Made by a program: the position numbers and the translations under genes | Shown here: positions 39,031-50,198 of the stretch, one piece after another | Layout of the letters: each line of letters starts with the position of its first letter | Numbering within the stretch: the stretch's first letter is position 1 | Notes under the pieces: model-generated | Database searches by the model: none | What the model saw: only the letters and a program-made list of their open reading frames with translations | What the model was told of the DNA's origin: nothing | From: Mustelus asterias | Taxonomy: Eukaryota | NCBI RefSeq assembly: GCF_964213995.1 | Contig: NC_135830.1 | Location: 19,406,001 to 19,470,000, forward strand | Length of the DNA: 64,000 nucleotides | Direction of reading: 5' to 3'

Positions 39031-40271
39031 GGGGGGAACGAAAGCGAGGGGTAAAAACGGGGGATTAGTCCCTCTTCTCGTGACGTAAGATTTTGGTTAC
39101 TATAGATCAAAATATCCAAAAAATACCGGGACTCGCAAATCTCTTCACTCCCCTATGAGAGTCAGTGTGACAAGTCTTTCTGGCAGAGATCTACAATGCC
39201 CTCTGTCCTCTGTATGAATAATATTTCAAACAGCACAACAGCGGCTACACTGGAAATGAACTTCCATCGTTTGTAAAATACTTTCTGATCTCCTGAATCC
39301 ATGAAGGCCGCTTAATCAGTTAAAATGTTTCTTTCTCTCACGGAGTAATAATTGATTCAAGGGTTAAACTTATGGTCCAGCTGTTTCCATCAGAGGCAGC
39401 ATAGGCTGTTGCTTTGAAATTTCAGTTTCTTTGTTTGAATCCATGTTTTCAATGATTGGCTTGATGCACAATCCCTCCCGGGATTTCCAGGATTCAATCT
39501 CCAGTTTGATGTGAGATTTTTGTTTTCTCTCCACGGGACAATCGGATTCTTTCAGTAAAAACAATCTGAGCGGCTATTGTGTGAACCTGATGGAAACTGA
39601 CCGCCTGTACAGGGAGAGCGGGTGACTGAGGCACCAAGAGGCTGCTTCCATTCTAAACCTCATTTATTAACCTGATCACCTCTATAAAGCTTTACACTAA
39701 TCTATCTGCATGTGTAAATATGAACTATATATTCATTGTCAAAATGGTGCAAATGTCTCAGAATTAACAGTACAAGTGTTAATCTCCAAACACCAGTTGC
39801 CAGGCGAGGTTCTGGTGTTCGCTCTCTCGCCTGTGAAGCAGAAGTTTTCAGAATCCCAGTCTCTCTCCAGAGACTCCAGTCGGAGGATCCATTCAGTGCA
39901 GACCTAGTGCAATGCTGAATTGTGAGAGTAGCGAATTTTGGATGAGATATTAAATCGGGGGCTCCGCCTCAGATGAGGGTTATTGACCGGAAAGACGCTA
40001 TTTCGAAGAAGAGCTGTGGAATTGCTCTCGTCAGTAACTACCCAACAATAAACATCCTAAAACAGATTATCCATTAAAATGTTGTTGTTTGAAGGATCAC
40101 GTGGGGGCAAAATTCTTCTTCAGTCCACTAACACAGTGACAGTGAACACACTATGGGACACCAAGGAAGGCATCATATAAATACACGACTATCATTCACT
40201 CAACTGCCCAACCTATTGAGTGAGGCTCTGACAGTTGTTGTTCAGGTTCAGCTCTGCTCTGTGTCTCTGTG

Positions 40272-40578
40272 GGTCTCAGTGCGCAGTAATTTACCCCTGA
40301 GTCAATCAGCTCTGTTTCAGACACTTTCAACGGGACGGTGATATTCACAAAATCAAACTCGGCAGATAAGCGGTCCCCTGGGAATATCTCTCTGTTCCCG
40401 CTGTATCTATGTCTCTGCAGCAGAAACTCCAGGGACCCGCTGGAATGCTGACGGTACCAGAATAGATGAGGGATGTCGCTGGTTGTAGCTTCAAAGTTAC
40501 AGAACAACTGAACATCATCTCCTTCACTCACGGTGACTGCAGCCGGTGTCTGTGTAACAGAGTCTCCTCCACAATGTC
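40272..40578 (-). pseudogene. TCR V pseudogene, family D (no leader, splice acceptor lost)
   Basis: Open V frame DSVTQTP..LFWYRQ..VNYCALRP, but acceptor CAG is CGG and the intron is cut at about 40640. RSS CACAGAG-23-ACAACAACT at 40271-40233. Confidence 0.85.
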
Positions 40579-41881
40579 CCGGAAGAGTACAGAGTAACAT
40601 CAATTCAAACGATGTCAATCAACGGCCCCATGCATTTCCCCTTGGCTAGTCCCCCTGACACTAACGGGCAATTTAGCATAGCCAATCCACCTAACCCGCA
40701 CATCTTTGGACTGCGAGACGAAATTGGAGCACCCGGAGGAAACCCACGCAGACACAGGGATAACGTGCAAACTCCACATAGATTCGTCGTAATTTGCCCG
40801 ATTTTGTTTATTCATTTGTGGGGCATCGGGGGTCGCTGGCTGGCCAGCATTTATTGCCCATCCTTAGATGCCAGAGGGCAGTTGAGAGTCAACCACATTG
40901 CTATGACTCTGGAGTCACATGTAGGCAGATTTCCTTCCTAAAGGTTATGCCGGCACGAAAGGTAAGAAAGACCACCAATGCCTCTACTTTCTCAGAAGAT
41001 TAATAAATTTGGCGTGTCAACTATGACTCTCACCAACTTTTACAGATACACGATAGAAAGCATTCGTTCTGGTTGTATACTAATACAATATTCACTGTAT
41101 ACTAATACATGTGACTATAATGATTCAAATCAAATAAAGTTTATTTATTCATCACAAGTAAGGTTTGCATTAACTCTGCAATGAAGTTACTGTGAAATTC
41201 CCCTCGTCGCCACATACCGACGCCTGTTTGGATCAATGCACCTTACCAGATGCCTTTCAGAATGTGAGAGGAACCCTGAGCACGCGGAGGAAACCCACGC
41301 AGACACGGGGAGAACATGCAGCCTCTGAAGACAGCGTGACCAGGAATCGAAGCCAGGGATCGAACCAGGGTCCCTCGTGCTGTGGGGCAGCAGTGCCAAC
41401 GACTGTGCCACCGTGTCATTTCGAGACTGTACGACCACTCTACAGATTATATACCCACAGTATGCTTCTCCACTGAGTTTCAAATCGATTCGATGTTGGT
41501 TAAAGGCCAAACGTCTGTCCCATTGCCCGACTCAGTTCCTCATCAGACACCTTGACCACACTCTGCCAGGGTTGGATATCAGTCCAGGCCGAAGATTCTG
41601 AAAGGACAAATGTCTGACTGCAACGTCATTAGTTCCTGCTCGTTCTCCGAGACCAGAACTGTTTGATTCATCGGATTATAAACATGACCACCAGTGGGCG
41701 TGTCAGTGAGCCGAGAACCTCAGCGTTTCAATGCTCCCCGACCCTCGGTGTATATATAAGAGAAACCTGCCTTCATAGCAGGCAGAGTAAAACATCATCA
41801 ATTGAACATCAGAATCATCCCAAACGAATCAATTCCCTGCAATATTTCTGATCCACTGAGCGCAATAAACAGCAAAACACA

Positions 41882-42278
41882 ATGAATGAAATAATAACTT
41901 TCAATTTATTGATTTTCGGTGAGTGTTTTGAGCAGGCAATCGTCGTTCCATCTTTTTGTTTTGTATTTTTCATTTCCATTCCCCCTTTTCTCAACAGTTA
42001 TTGGCGAAGCGGCTGTGATCCACCAACAACAGCTGATGCATGCACAAGAGGGACAATCGATTGAAATCCGGTGCAATGCAACTACCAGCAGCATGGACAG
42101 TATCCATTGGTACAGACATCTAAGGAATCGTGGTCCGAAATTCATCCTATCGGCTTTTAGCAGCAACACAACTGACGGGCGGTTCACGCTCTTTATTGAC
42201 CCAACAAGAAGTTATAACATTCTCGGCATTGACAGCACGGCAATGTCAGACGCTGGAGTGTATCACTGTGCAGTGAGG
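41882..42278 (+). CDS. TCR alpha/delta-type V segment, family B, apparently functional. Leader 41882-41918, V exon 41998-42278
   Basis: Leader and splice sites intact; C..WYRH..YHCAVR. Confidence 0.9.
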
Positions 42279-42317
42279 CACTGTGAGACAAAGACTGAGC
42301 TCCCCAATACAATATCT
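42279..42317 (+). other. 23-RSS
   Basis: CACTGTG + 23 nt + ACAATATCT. Confidence 0.9.
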
Positions 42318-42759
42318 ACTGCAGCTTCCCATCAGACAATCTCTGCACATCAACCTCTCTCTCTCAAATGTTGCGACTCAAATAAGGGGTATCGGTCCAC
42401 AGGCTTCGTCCATTCACTCAGCGAAAGGTTTCTCAGACTGTCCTGAATGTGTTGACTTCTTTAAGGGATGCGGTGCAGATCATGTCATTCTGGAACGAAA
42501 GGATTATTCAGGCTGTGCTGAATGTGTTGAATCATTTTGTGAGAAGCAGTGAAACACGTCCCACTAATCGGCAGGAAATGATTTTACTGGATTCAAGCAC
42601 CAAGGCCAGGAAAGTTCATTTTGAGATGCGCTAACCTAAAAGGATTCTGTTCCCTTCACATCCACTCACAGGGAGAAGAAAACTCTACTGCCTTTTATAT
42701 AACTAACGTTCTGATGTGAACTGTCGGTGAAGGAAGCAGAGAATCAACAAACTTGCATC

Positions 42760-42830
42760 GTAGGTGACGAATGTTCATTTACAGCCAATCCAAAAGCAGC
42801 ATCTCACGTGACAGAGACTTTGATTGGATG
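42760..42830 (+). promoter_or_regulatory. Family C promoter: CRE half-site, two CCAAT boxes, CACGTG E-box
   Basis: GGTGACG, CCAAT, CACGTGAC, ATTGG; largely retained in the other family C copies. Confidence 0.55.
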
Positions 42831-42927
42831 ACTGTCTCTAATTAGGCGAAAATTCAGTGCGTTCACTCAGTATGTGCTCTTCCTGTGATCTGTGTGCAAC
42901 GGTTCCTTTTCACATAAGAATTGGAAG

Positions 42928-43350
42928 ATGTATTATCTGCAAGAAGTGAATCTATCATTCGTCATTCTGGCGCTGCTAGCATGTAGGTACAGGAATTGTA
43001 TTCAATAACTCGCAGTGTTTATTCTTTGCTCCTGTGTTTCATTATTTGAACGGTCTTACAGGTCGATGCCTCTCGGGCGGAGTGTTCCAGTTTCCAGCTG
43101 CTAGAACAGTCCCGAACGCATATTCGGTGCGGATAAACTGCAGCTATGAGATCTCCAGCATTTACGCCCTGCATTGGTACAGACAGAAATCCGGTCAGCG
43201 ACCGGAGTGGGTGATAAAGCGAGTCTCAGCTGGCAAAGAGAGAAAGGACCGATTCAAATTGGAACTTTCCACTGCGGAAAAATGGGGCCAGTTGATTATT
43301 GAAAATACGGAGAGCGCGGATACCGCTGTGTATTACTGTGCGGTAGAACC
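42928..43350 (+). CDS. TCR alpha/delta-type V segment, family C, apparently functional. Leader 42928-42982, V exon 43062-43350
   Basis: MYYLQEVNLSFVILALLA|gtaggt; INC..WYRQ..YYCAVEP; frame open. Confidence 0.9.
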
Positions 43351-43389
43351 CACATTGAGAGGAAAGGCGGCAGTCACTGTACAAAAACC
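43351..43389 (+). other. 23-RSS
   Basis: CACATTG + 23 nt + ACAAAAACC. Confidence 0.9.
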
Positions 43390-43499
43390 TCCCTCCTGCT
43401 GACAGTTCTGATCAGCTGCAGCCTTCTCTCCCAAAAACACAGGGCAGGAAAGGTGGGTCAGAATGAGAGCAGTGAACAAAGGCAGCGAGCAGGGCTGCC

Positions 43500-43592
43500 A
43501 TGGGTAATGATAGTACTACAGATACATTTTAAAGTCACAGCTTTGCCTTCCGTCTTAACTCCTGAGGACAGCAGCTGTTGACAGGATCTCCA
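43500..43592 (-). pseudogene. FR1-only fragment of a family E-like V
   Basis: GDPV..QQLLSSGVKTEGKAVTLKCICST. Confidence 0.6.
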
Positions 43593-43908
43593 ATGGTGAA
43601 AGATCAAACAGGCGGGAGTTTAAAATTCAGATTCAAAACATGTTGGAAATCGTAGGAAAGTCAAGCGTATTGGACCCGCCAAACACGTCATTACCACCAT
43701 TTTACAAACAAGAACAGATTGTTTCGTGTGATGAGGGAGCGAATGGATTTTTATTAGGGCGGAACTACTGAGGTGTCATAGAGTCATCAGGAATCGCAAG
43801 AGATAGTCCCAAATGTCGCTCCTGTTGACTGTAGCAACAGGCCATTAACCCCTCTGTCGCAGCAAATGCAGATCCCCACCTCCAGCACTGCTGACCTACC
43901 TGATGGCA

Positions 43909-44150
43909 CAGTAAGGAGTCGAACAACACCAGGCTAAGGTCCAACAGGTTTATTTGGTAGCAAACGCCACTAGCTTTCGGAGCGCTGCTCCTTCGTCAGA
44001 TGGATCTGACGAAGAACCATCTGACGAAGGAGCAGCGCTCCAAAAACTAGTGGCTTGTGCTACCAAATAAACCTGTTGGACTTTAACCTGGTGTTGTTAG
44101 ACTCCTTACTGTGGTTACCCCAGTCCAACGCCGGCATTTCCACATCATGA
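43909..44150. mobile_element. Palindromic Penelope pLTR mini-element
   Basis: About 95-bp inverted arms; 13-bp TSD CTACCTGATGGCA (43896, 44151). Confidence 0.85.
43967..44003 (-). ncRNA. Minimal hammerhead ribozyme motif
   Basis: CCAT-CTGACGA-aGGAGCagcGCTCC-GAAA-GC-TA-GTGG. Confidence 0.7.
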
Positions 44151-46143
44151 CTACCTGATGGCAACCAGGGAATAGCGATAGCAAACTCTCCACTAGCAGA
44201 GATCAGGGCAGGCGGGTCAAAGGGAAACTGTTGAGACCCTACAACGAGCGCTGCTGTCCTATGTGGTGTCTGTCTGCGATACATTTTCTCACTTTCGACC
44301 GAAGTTATACTTTCCTTGTTTGTGTGGAATAAATCATCCCAAGAAGACAGATTCTGGCTGTTGTGACCCGCTGCAGAAAGACGCACTTCTTTCAATCAGA
44401 ACCCGAACCAACTCCCTGAGCGGCACCTACAGCAATATCAGATGCATCATGTATTGAAAACATATGCTGCAATTTTACTGCGAATTGAAATGTTGAGACT
44501 TATACCGGGACACGGGTTTATAGTCTGAAAAATAATTATCAGATAATGTCGAGAAATCCATCTTAATCCCGCTAAAAGTGCTAAAAGTGTGAACTAAATT
44601 TCCGGCTGGAATGAAAGATTACTGGACCTTTAGATAGTTTAAGGAGATGTTTGGAAGAACATTGTTCGAGGGAGTTGCGAAATTTCAGAATTATTGATAC
44701 AAAATGGGAATGATACAAAAAATCATTCCCAATGATCACATGGACTGGAATACACCAGGACCAGTATCGTGTCTGAACTGTAAACGGGAAATTCTGGAGA
44801 TACTTGAGCAGGACTGACGGGAGCTTTGAAGATGGAAATAGACTGAACATTTTAAACTATTGTGTTTATCCGAAATGACAGGTGACAGGTTTTAAGCATT
44901 TGCAGTGGCAGGTAAAGGCGGGAAGGCAGAAAGAGCAAAATGGCAGGTCAGTAATTCAGTGGAATGCAGGAAAGGTTAAATGTCAAAGGGGATGATGGAG
45001 CAAGGGAAAAATGAGGTAGTGGGACAAGTTAAGAAACAATTAATAATCGTGACGGCGATCTACTCACGAAAAACAAATTCGTCACCAAAAGATGCAGTCT
45101 AAAATGCAAAGAAAGTAGGATCGGTGATTGTTGAAAGCAATCTTGAGTCCTGAAGGTTAAAATGCTTGGACGCTGCACCTTGCATGTCATGTCGCTGCCG
45201 CCAGAGGGCGCTGAGGGGGCTGTTTGCGTTCGATGTCGGGAGGGGTTCCAGACGCACAACAGTGTTCAGTAACTTTATTAAACAAAATGTCATCAAACGA
45301 GCAGATATGGAAACATCCTTTTTGTTGACATTACTATGATTTCTATGACATTTAACTAAATTTACCCTTGTGTTGCCAACATTGCAATTAGTGTGGCAGC
45401 TTCCAAATATTCAAATAAACGTTCAGCAGCATCTGTGGAGAGAGAAACAGTGTTAACGTTTCGAGTCCATATGACCCTTCTACAGAATATCAAGCCGCTC
45501 TTTGTTTCTCCCTAGTTTCAAACCGAATCGGTGCTGGTTAAAGGGAAGGCGCTGGCCGAGTGGTATTCTTGCCAGACTTAATCCGGTAACTCCACTCATG
45601 TTCTGGGGACCCTGGTTCGAATCCCGCTGTGGCAGATGGTGGAACGAGAATCATATAATCCTACAGTGCAGGTCATTCTGCCCATCGACACTGCACCGTT
45701 CCCTCTCCCCATACATTTACCCTAGCTAGTTCTCCTGACACTACGGGGCAATTTAGCATGGCCACACAACATAATCAGCACATTTTCAGACTGCGAGAGG
45801 AAACTGGAGCACCCGCAAGAAACCGAGGCAGACGCGGGGAGAATGTGCAGACTCCGCACAGATAGTGACCCAAGCTGGGAATCGATCCCAGGTCCTTGGT
45901 GCTGTGAGGCAGCAGTGCTAACCACTTTGCAACCGTGCCACTCCATTTGAATTCAATATAGATATCTGGAATTAAGAATCTACTGATTACAGTGAAACCA
46001 TTGTCGATTGTCACAAAACCCCACCTGGTTCATTAATGTCCTTTTAGGGAAGGAAGGAAATCCCCCACTGCAGTCTTTACCCGGTCTGCTCTGTGCATGA
46101 CTCTCAACTGCCCTCGGACATCTCGGGATGGGCAATAAATTCT

Positions 46144-48082
46144 GTAAGGAGCCTCACAACACCAGGTTAAAGTCCAACTGGTTTATTTGGTAGCAAACGT
46201 CACTGGCTTTCGGAGCGCTGTTCCTTCGTCAGATGGAATAGAACATAGAACATAGAACATTACAGCGCAGAACAGGCCCTTCGGCCCACGATGTTGCACC
46301 GACCAGTTAAAAAAAACAAACTGTGACCCTCCAACCTAAACCAATTTCTTTTCGTCCATGAACCTATCTACGGATCTCTTAAACGCCCCCAAACTAGGCG
46401 CATTTACTACTGATGCTGGCAGGGCATTCCAATCCCTCACCACCCTCTGGGTAAAGAACCTACCCCTGACATCGGTTCTATAACTACCCCCCCTCAATTT
46501 AAAGCCATGCCCCCTCGTGCTGGATTTCTCCATCAGAGGAAAAAGGCTATCACTATCCACCCTATCTAAACCTCTAATCATCTTATATGTTTCAATAAGA
46601 TCCCCTCTTAGCCGCCGCCTTTCCAGCGAAAACAATCCCAAATCCCTCAGCCTCTCCTCATAGGATCTCCCCTCCATACCAGGCAACATCCTGGTAAACC
46701 TCCTCTGCACCCTCTCCAAAGCCTCCACATCCTTCCTGTAATGTGGGGACCAGAACTGCACACAGTACTCCAAGTGCGGCCGCACCAGAGTTGTGTACAG
46801 TTGCAACATAACGCTACGACTCCTAAATTCAATCCCCCTACCAATAAACGCCAAGACACCATATGCCTTCTTAACAACCTTATCTACTTGATTCCCAACT
46901 TTCAGGGATCTATGCACACATACACCTAGATCCCTCTGCTCCTCCACACTATTCAAAGTCCTCCCGTTAGCCCTATACTCAACACATCTGTTATTCCTAC
47001 CAAAGTGAATTACCTCACACTTCTCCGCATTAAACTCCATCCGCCACCTCTCGGCCCAACTTTGCAACCTGTCTAAGTCTTCCTGCAAACTACGACACCC
47101 TTCCTCACTGTCTACCACACCACCGACTTTGGTGTCATCAGCAAATTTGCTAATCCACCCAACTATACCCTCATCCAGATCATTAATAAATATTACAAAC
47201 AGCAGTGGCCCCAAAACAGATCCCTGAGGTACACCACTTGTAACCGCACTCCATGATGAATATTTACTATCAACCACCACCCTCTGTTTCCTATCCGCTA
47301 GCCAATTCCTGATCCAATTTCCTAGATCACCCCCAATCCCATACATCTGCATTTTCTGCAGAAGCCTACCATGGTGAACCTTATCAAACGCCTTACTAAA
47401 ATCCATATATACCACGTCCACTGCCTTGCCCCCATCCACCTCCTTGGTCACTTTCTCAAAAAACTCAATAAGGTTAGTAAGGCACGACCTACCTGCCACA
47501 AAACCATGCTGACTATCACCTATCAATTCATTACTCTCCAAATAACTATAAATCCTATCCCTTATAATTTTTTCCAACATCTTGCCGACAACAGAAGTGA
47601 GACTCACCGGTCTATAATTCCCGGGGAAGTCTCTGTTCCCCTTCTTAAACAATGGGACAACATTCGCTAACCTCCAATCTTCTGGTACTATACCAGAGGC
47701 CAACGACGACCTGAAGATCAGAGCCAGAGGCTCTGCAATCACTTCTCTTGCCTCCCAGAGAATCCTTGGATAAATCCCATCCGGACCAGGGGATTTATCT
47801 ATTTTCAGACCCTCCAGAATATCCTGCACATCCTCCTTATCAACTGTAATACTGTCTATTCTACTCCCTTGCAACCCAGTGTCCTCCTCAGCTATATTCA
47901 TGTCCCCTTGCGTGAACACCGAAGAGAAATATTGGTTCAATGCTTCACCAATCTCCTCCGGTTCCACACATAATGGAAATCTGCTCTCAAACAGGGCACA
48001 GAGACCTGTTGGACTTTAACCTGGTGTTGTTAGACTCCTTATTGTGTTTACCCCAGTCCAACGCCGGCATTTCCACATCATG
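46144..48082. mobile_element. Penelope pLTR mini-element hosting a CR1 LINE
   Basis: pLTR arms at about 46144-46238 and 47973-48082. Confidence 0.75.
46239..47972 (-). mobile_element. Young 5'-truncated CR1/HER1-type LINE with open RT frame (543 aa, 47967-46336)
   Basis: KSPGPDG, YRPVSLTS, DFSKAFD, GVPQGSVLGP, FADD, RPHLEYC; (ttctatg)n tail. Confidence 0.95.
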
Positions 48083-48319
48083 AGTACCAATAAATTCTGG
48101 CCAGCTATGTCCCACCACTGAATTTAAAAATGATAAAGGCCAGTGTAGGTCCCATTGCCCTATTCAGTTCTTCATCAAAAGCATTGCCGATAATCCACCA
48201 GGATTGGATTTCACTCCAGAGCTAAGATTCTCAAAAGACAAATGTCTGACTCCAACGTCATTATCTTCTGTTCGTTCTCAGTGACAATAACTATTTGATT
48301 CATCAGATGATAAATGCGG

Positions 48320-48332
48320 CCACCAGGGGGCG
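48320..48332 (+). promoter_or_regulatory. CTCF-like motif, near consensus
   Basis: ggCCACCAGGGGGCG. Confidence 0.7.
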
Positions 48333-48513
48333 TGTTAGTGAGCCGAGAGCCTCAGCATTGGATGCTCTCCGACACTGGGTGGAAATATAAGACAAACCTG
48401 CCTCACAGCAGGCAGAAGATAACATCATCAAATTGCACACCAGAATCATCCCAAACGTAATCAAATCCCTGCAATATTTCTGATCCACTGAGCGCAATAA
48501 ACAGGAAAACGCA

Positions 48514-48910
48514 ATGAATAAAATAATTGCTCTCAGTTTATTGATTTTAGGTGAGTGTTTTGTGCAGGCAATCGGAGTTCCATCTTTTTATTTTGTGTAT
48601 CACATTTTTGTTCCCCCTTTTCTCAACAGTTATCGGCGGAGAGGCGGCGATTCACCAACCACAGCTGATACATGCACAAGAGGGACAATCGATTGAAATC
48701 CCGTGCAATGCAAGTACCAGCGGCACCGAAAGCATCCATTGGTACAGACATCTAAGGAATCATGGTCCGAAATTCATCCTATCGGCTATTAGCGGCAACG
48801 CCACTGACGGGCGGTTCACGCTCTTTATTGACCCAACAAGAAGTTATAACATTCTCGGCATTGACAGCACGGCAATGTCAGACGCTGGAGTGTATCACTG
48901 TGCAGTGAGG
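48514..48910 (+). CDS. TCR alpha/delta-type V segment, family B, apparently functional. Leader 48514-48550, V exon 48630-48910
   Basis: MNKIIALSLLIL|gtgag; PCNAS..WYRH..YHCAVR; frame open. Confidence 0.9.
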
Positions 48911-48949
48911 CACTGTGAGACAAAGACTGAGCGCCCCAATACAATATCT
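48911..48949 (+). other. 23-RSS
   Basis: CACTGTG + 23 nt + ACAATATCT. Confidence 0.9.
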
Positions 48950-49529
48950 ACTCCAGCTTCCGATCTCACAATCTCGACATACTTAATTCACCCTCGCAAA
49001 TGCCGCGAATCAAATAAGGTGAGATGCACAGGCTTCTAAACGAAAGGTTTCTCATACTCTCCTGAACGTGTTGACTTCTTGAAATGATGAGGTGCAGATC
49101 ATGCCATTCTAAAATGAAAGCATTATTCAGGCTGTGCTGAATGTGTTGCATTATTTCGTGAGGTACAGCGAACCATGTTCCACTCATTCGGTCGGAAATG
49201 CTTTTACTGGATTCAAGCACCCAGGGCCAGGAAAGTCCATTTTGAGAGGCACAACCCAAAGGGATTCTGTTCCCCTCGCGTAGCTTCCCAGGAACGAGAA
49301 GAACCTACTGGCTTTTATACAACTAACGTTCTGATGTGAACTGCCGGTGAAGGGAGCAGAGAATCAACAAACTTACATTGCAGGTGACGAATGCCCATTT
49401 ACAACCAATCCAAAAGCAGCATCCCACTTGACAGAGACTTTGATTGGATGGCTCTGTCTCTAATTATGCGAAAGTTCAGTGCGTTCACTCAGTATGTGCA
49501 CCGTTTTCTTTTCACATGTGAATTGGAAG

Positions 49530-49946
49530 ATGTATTATCCGCAAGAAGTGAATCTATTATTCGTCATTCTGGTGCTGCTAACATGTAGGCACTGGAGTTG
49601 TATTCAATAACTCGCAGAGTTTATTCTTTGCTCCTGTGTTTCATTATGGTCTCACAGGTCGATGTCTCTCGGGCGGCGTGTTCCAGTCTCCAGCTTCTCG
49701 GACAGTCCCGAGCAGGAGTTCGGTGCGGATAAATTGCAGCTATGAGATATCCAGCATTTACATCCTGCATTGGTACAGACAGAAATCCGGTCAGCGACTG
49801 GAGTGGGTGATAAAGCGAGTCTCAACTGGCAAAGAGAGAAAGGACTGATTCGAATTGGAACTTCCCACTGCGGAAAAATGGGGCAAATTGGTTATTGAAA
49901 ATACGGAGAGTGGGGATTCCGCTGTTTATTACTGTAAGACAGAATC
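49530..49946 (+). pseudogene. TCR V pseudogene, family C (single nonsense codon)
   Basis: Leader 49530-49584, exon from 49658. CGA changed to TGA at 49846-49848. RSS CACACTG-23-ACAAAAACG at 49947-49985. Confidence 0.9.
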
Positions 49947-50094
49947 CACACTGAGAGGAAAGGCGGCAGTCACTGTACAAAAACGTCCCTCCTGCTTACA
50001 GTTCCAGTACAGATGCAGTGTTCCCTCCCAAAAATACAGGGCAGGAAAGGTGGGTCCGAATGAGAGCAGCGAATAGAGGCAGGGAGCAGGGCTG

Positions 50095-50198
50095 CCAGGG
50101 GTAATGATAGTATTACAAATATATTTTAAAGTCACAGCTTCGCCTTCCGTCTTAATGCCTGAGGACAGCAGCTGCTGACAGGATCTCCATCACTAAGA
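50095..50198 (-). pseudogene. FR1-only fragment of a family E-like V
   Basis: Paralog of 43500-43592. Confidence 0.55.

Noticed and set aside
38742-39119. ORFs across the N gap
   Set aside because: Open only because of Ns and microsatellite.
40272-40578. Leaderless V as a NAR-TCR supporting V-delta
   Set aside because: The splice acceptor is destroyed, a paralog has a normal leader, there is no extra CDR1 Cys, and no upstream NAR V-D-J is present.
42247-42285. Bidirectional RSS from the CACTGTG heptamer
   Set aside because: No nonamer at 12 or 23 nt on the V side.
42420-42640. D/J segments in the B-C spacer (two ggtt..gaatgtg repeats; GPG motif in paralogs)
   Set aside because: Spacers are 9-10 nt rather than 12, heptamer and nonamer matches are poor, and there is no FGxG/WGxG with a donor site.
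46233-47978. ATGGAA as the TSD of the young CR1
   Set aside because: The host pLTR already contains ATGGAGTGGAA at this position, so the repeat may predate the insertion.
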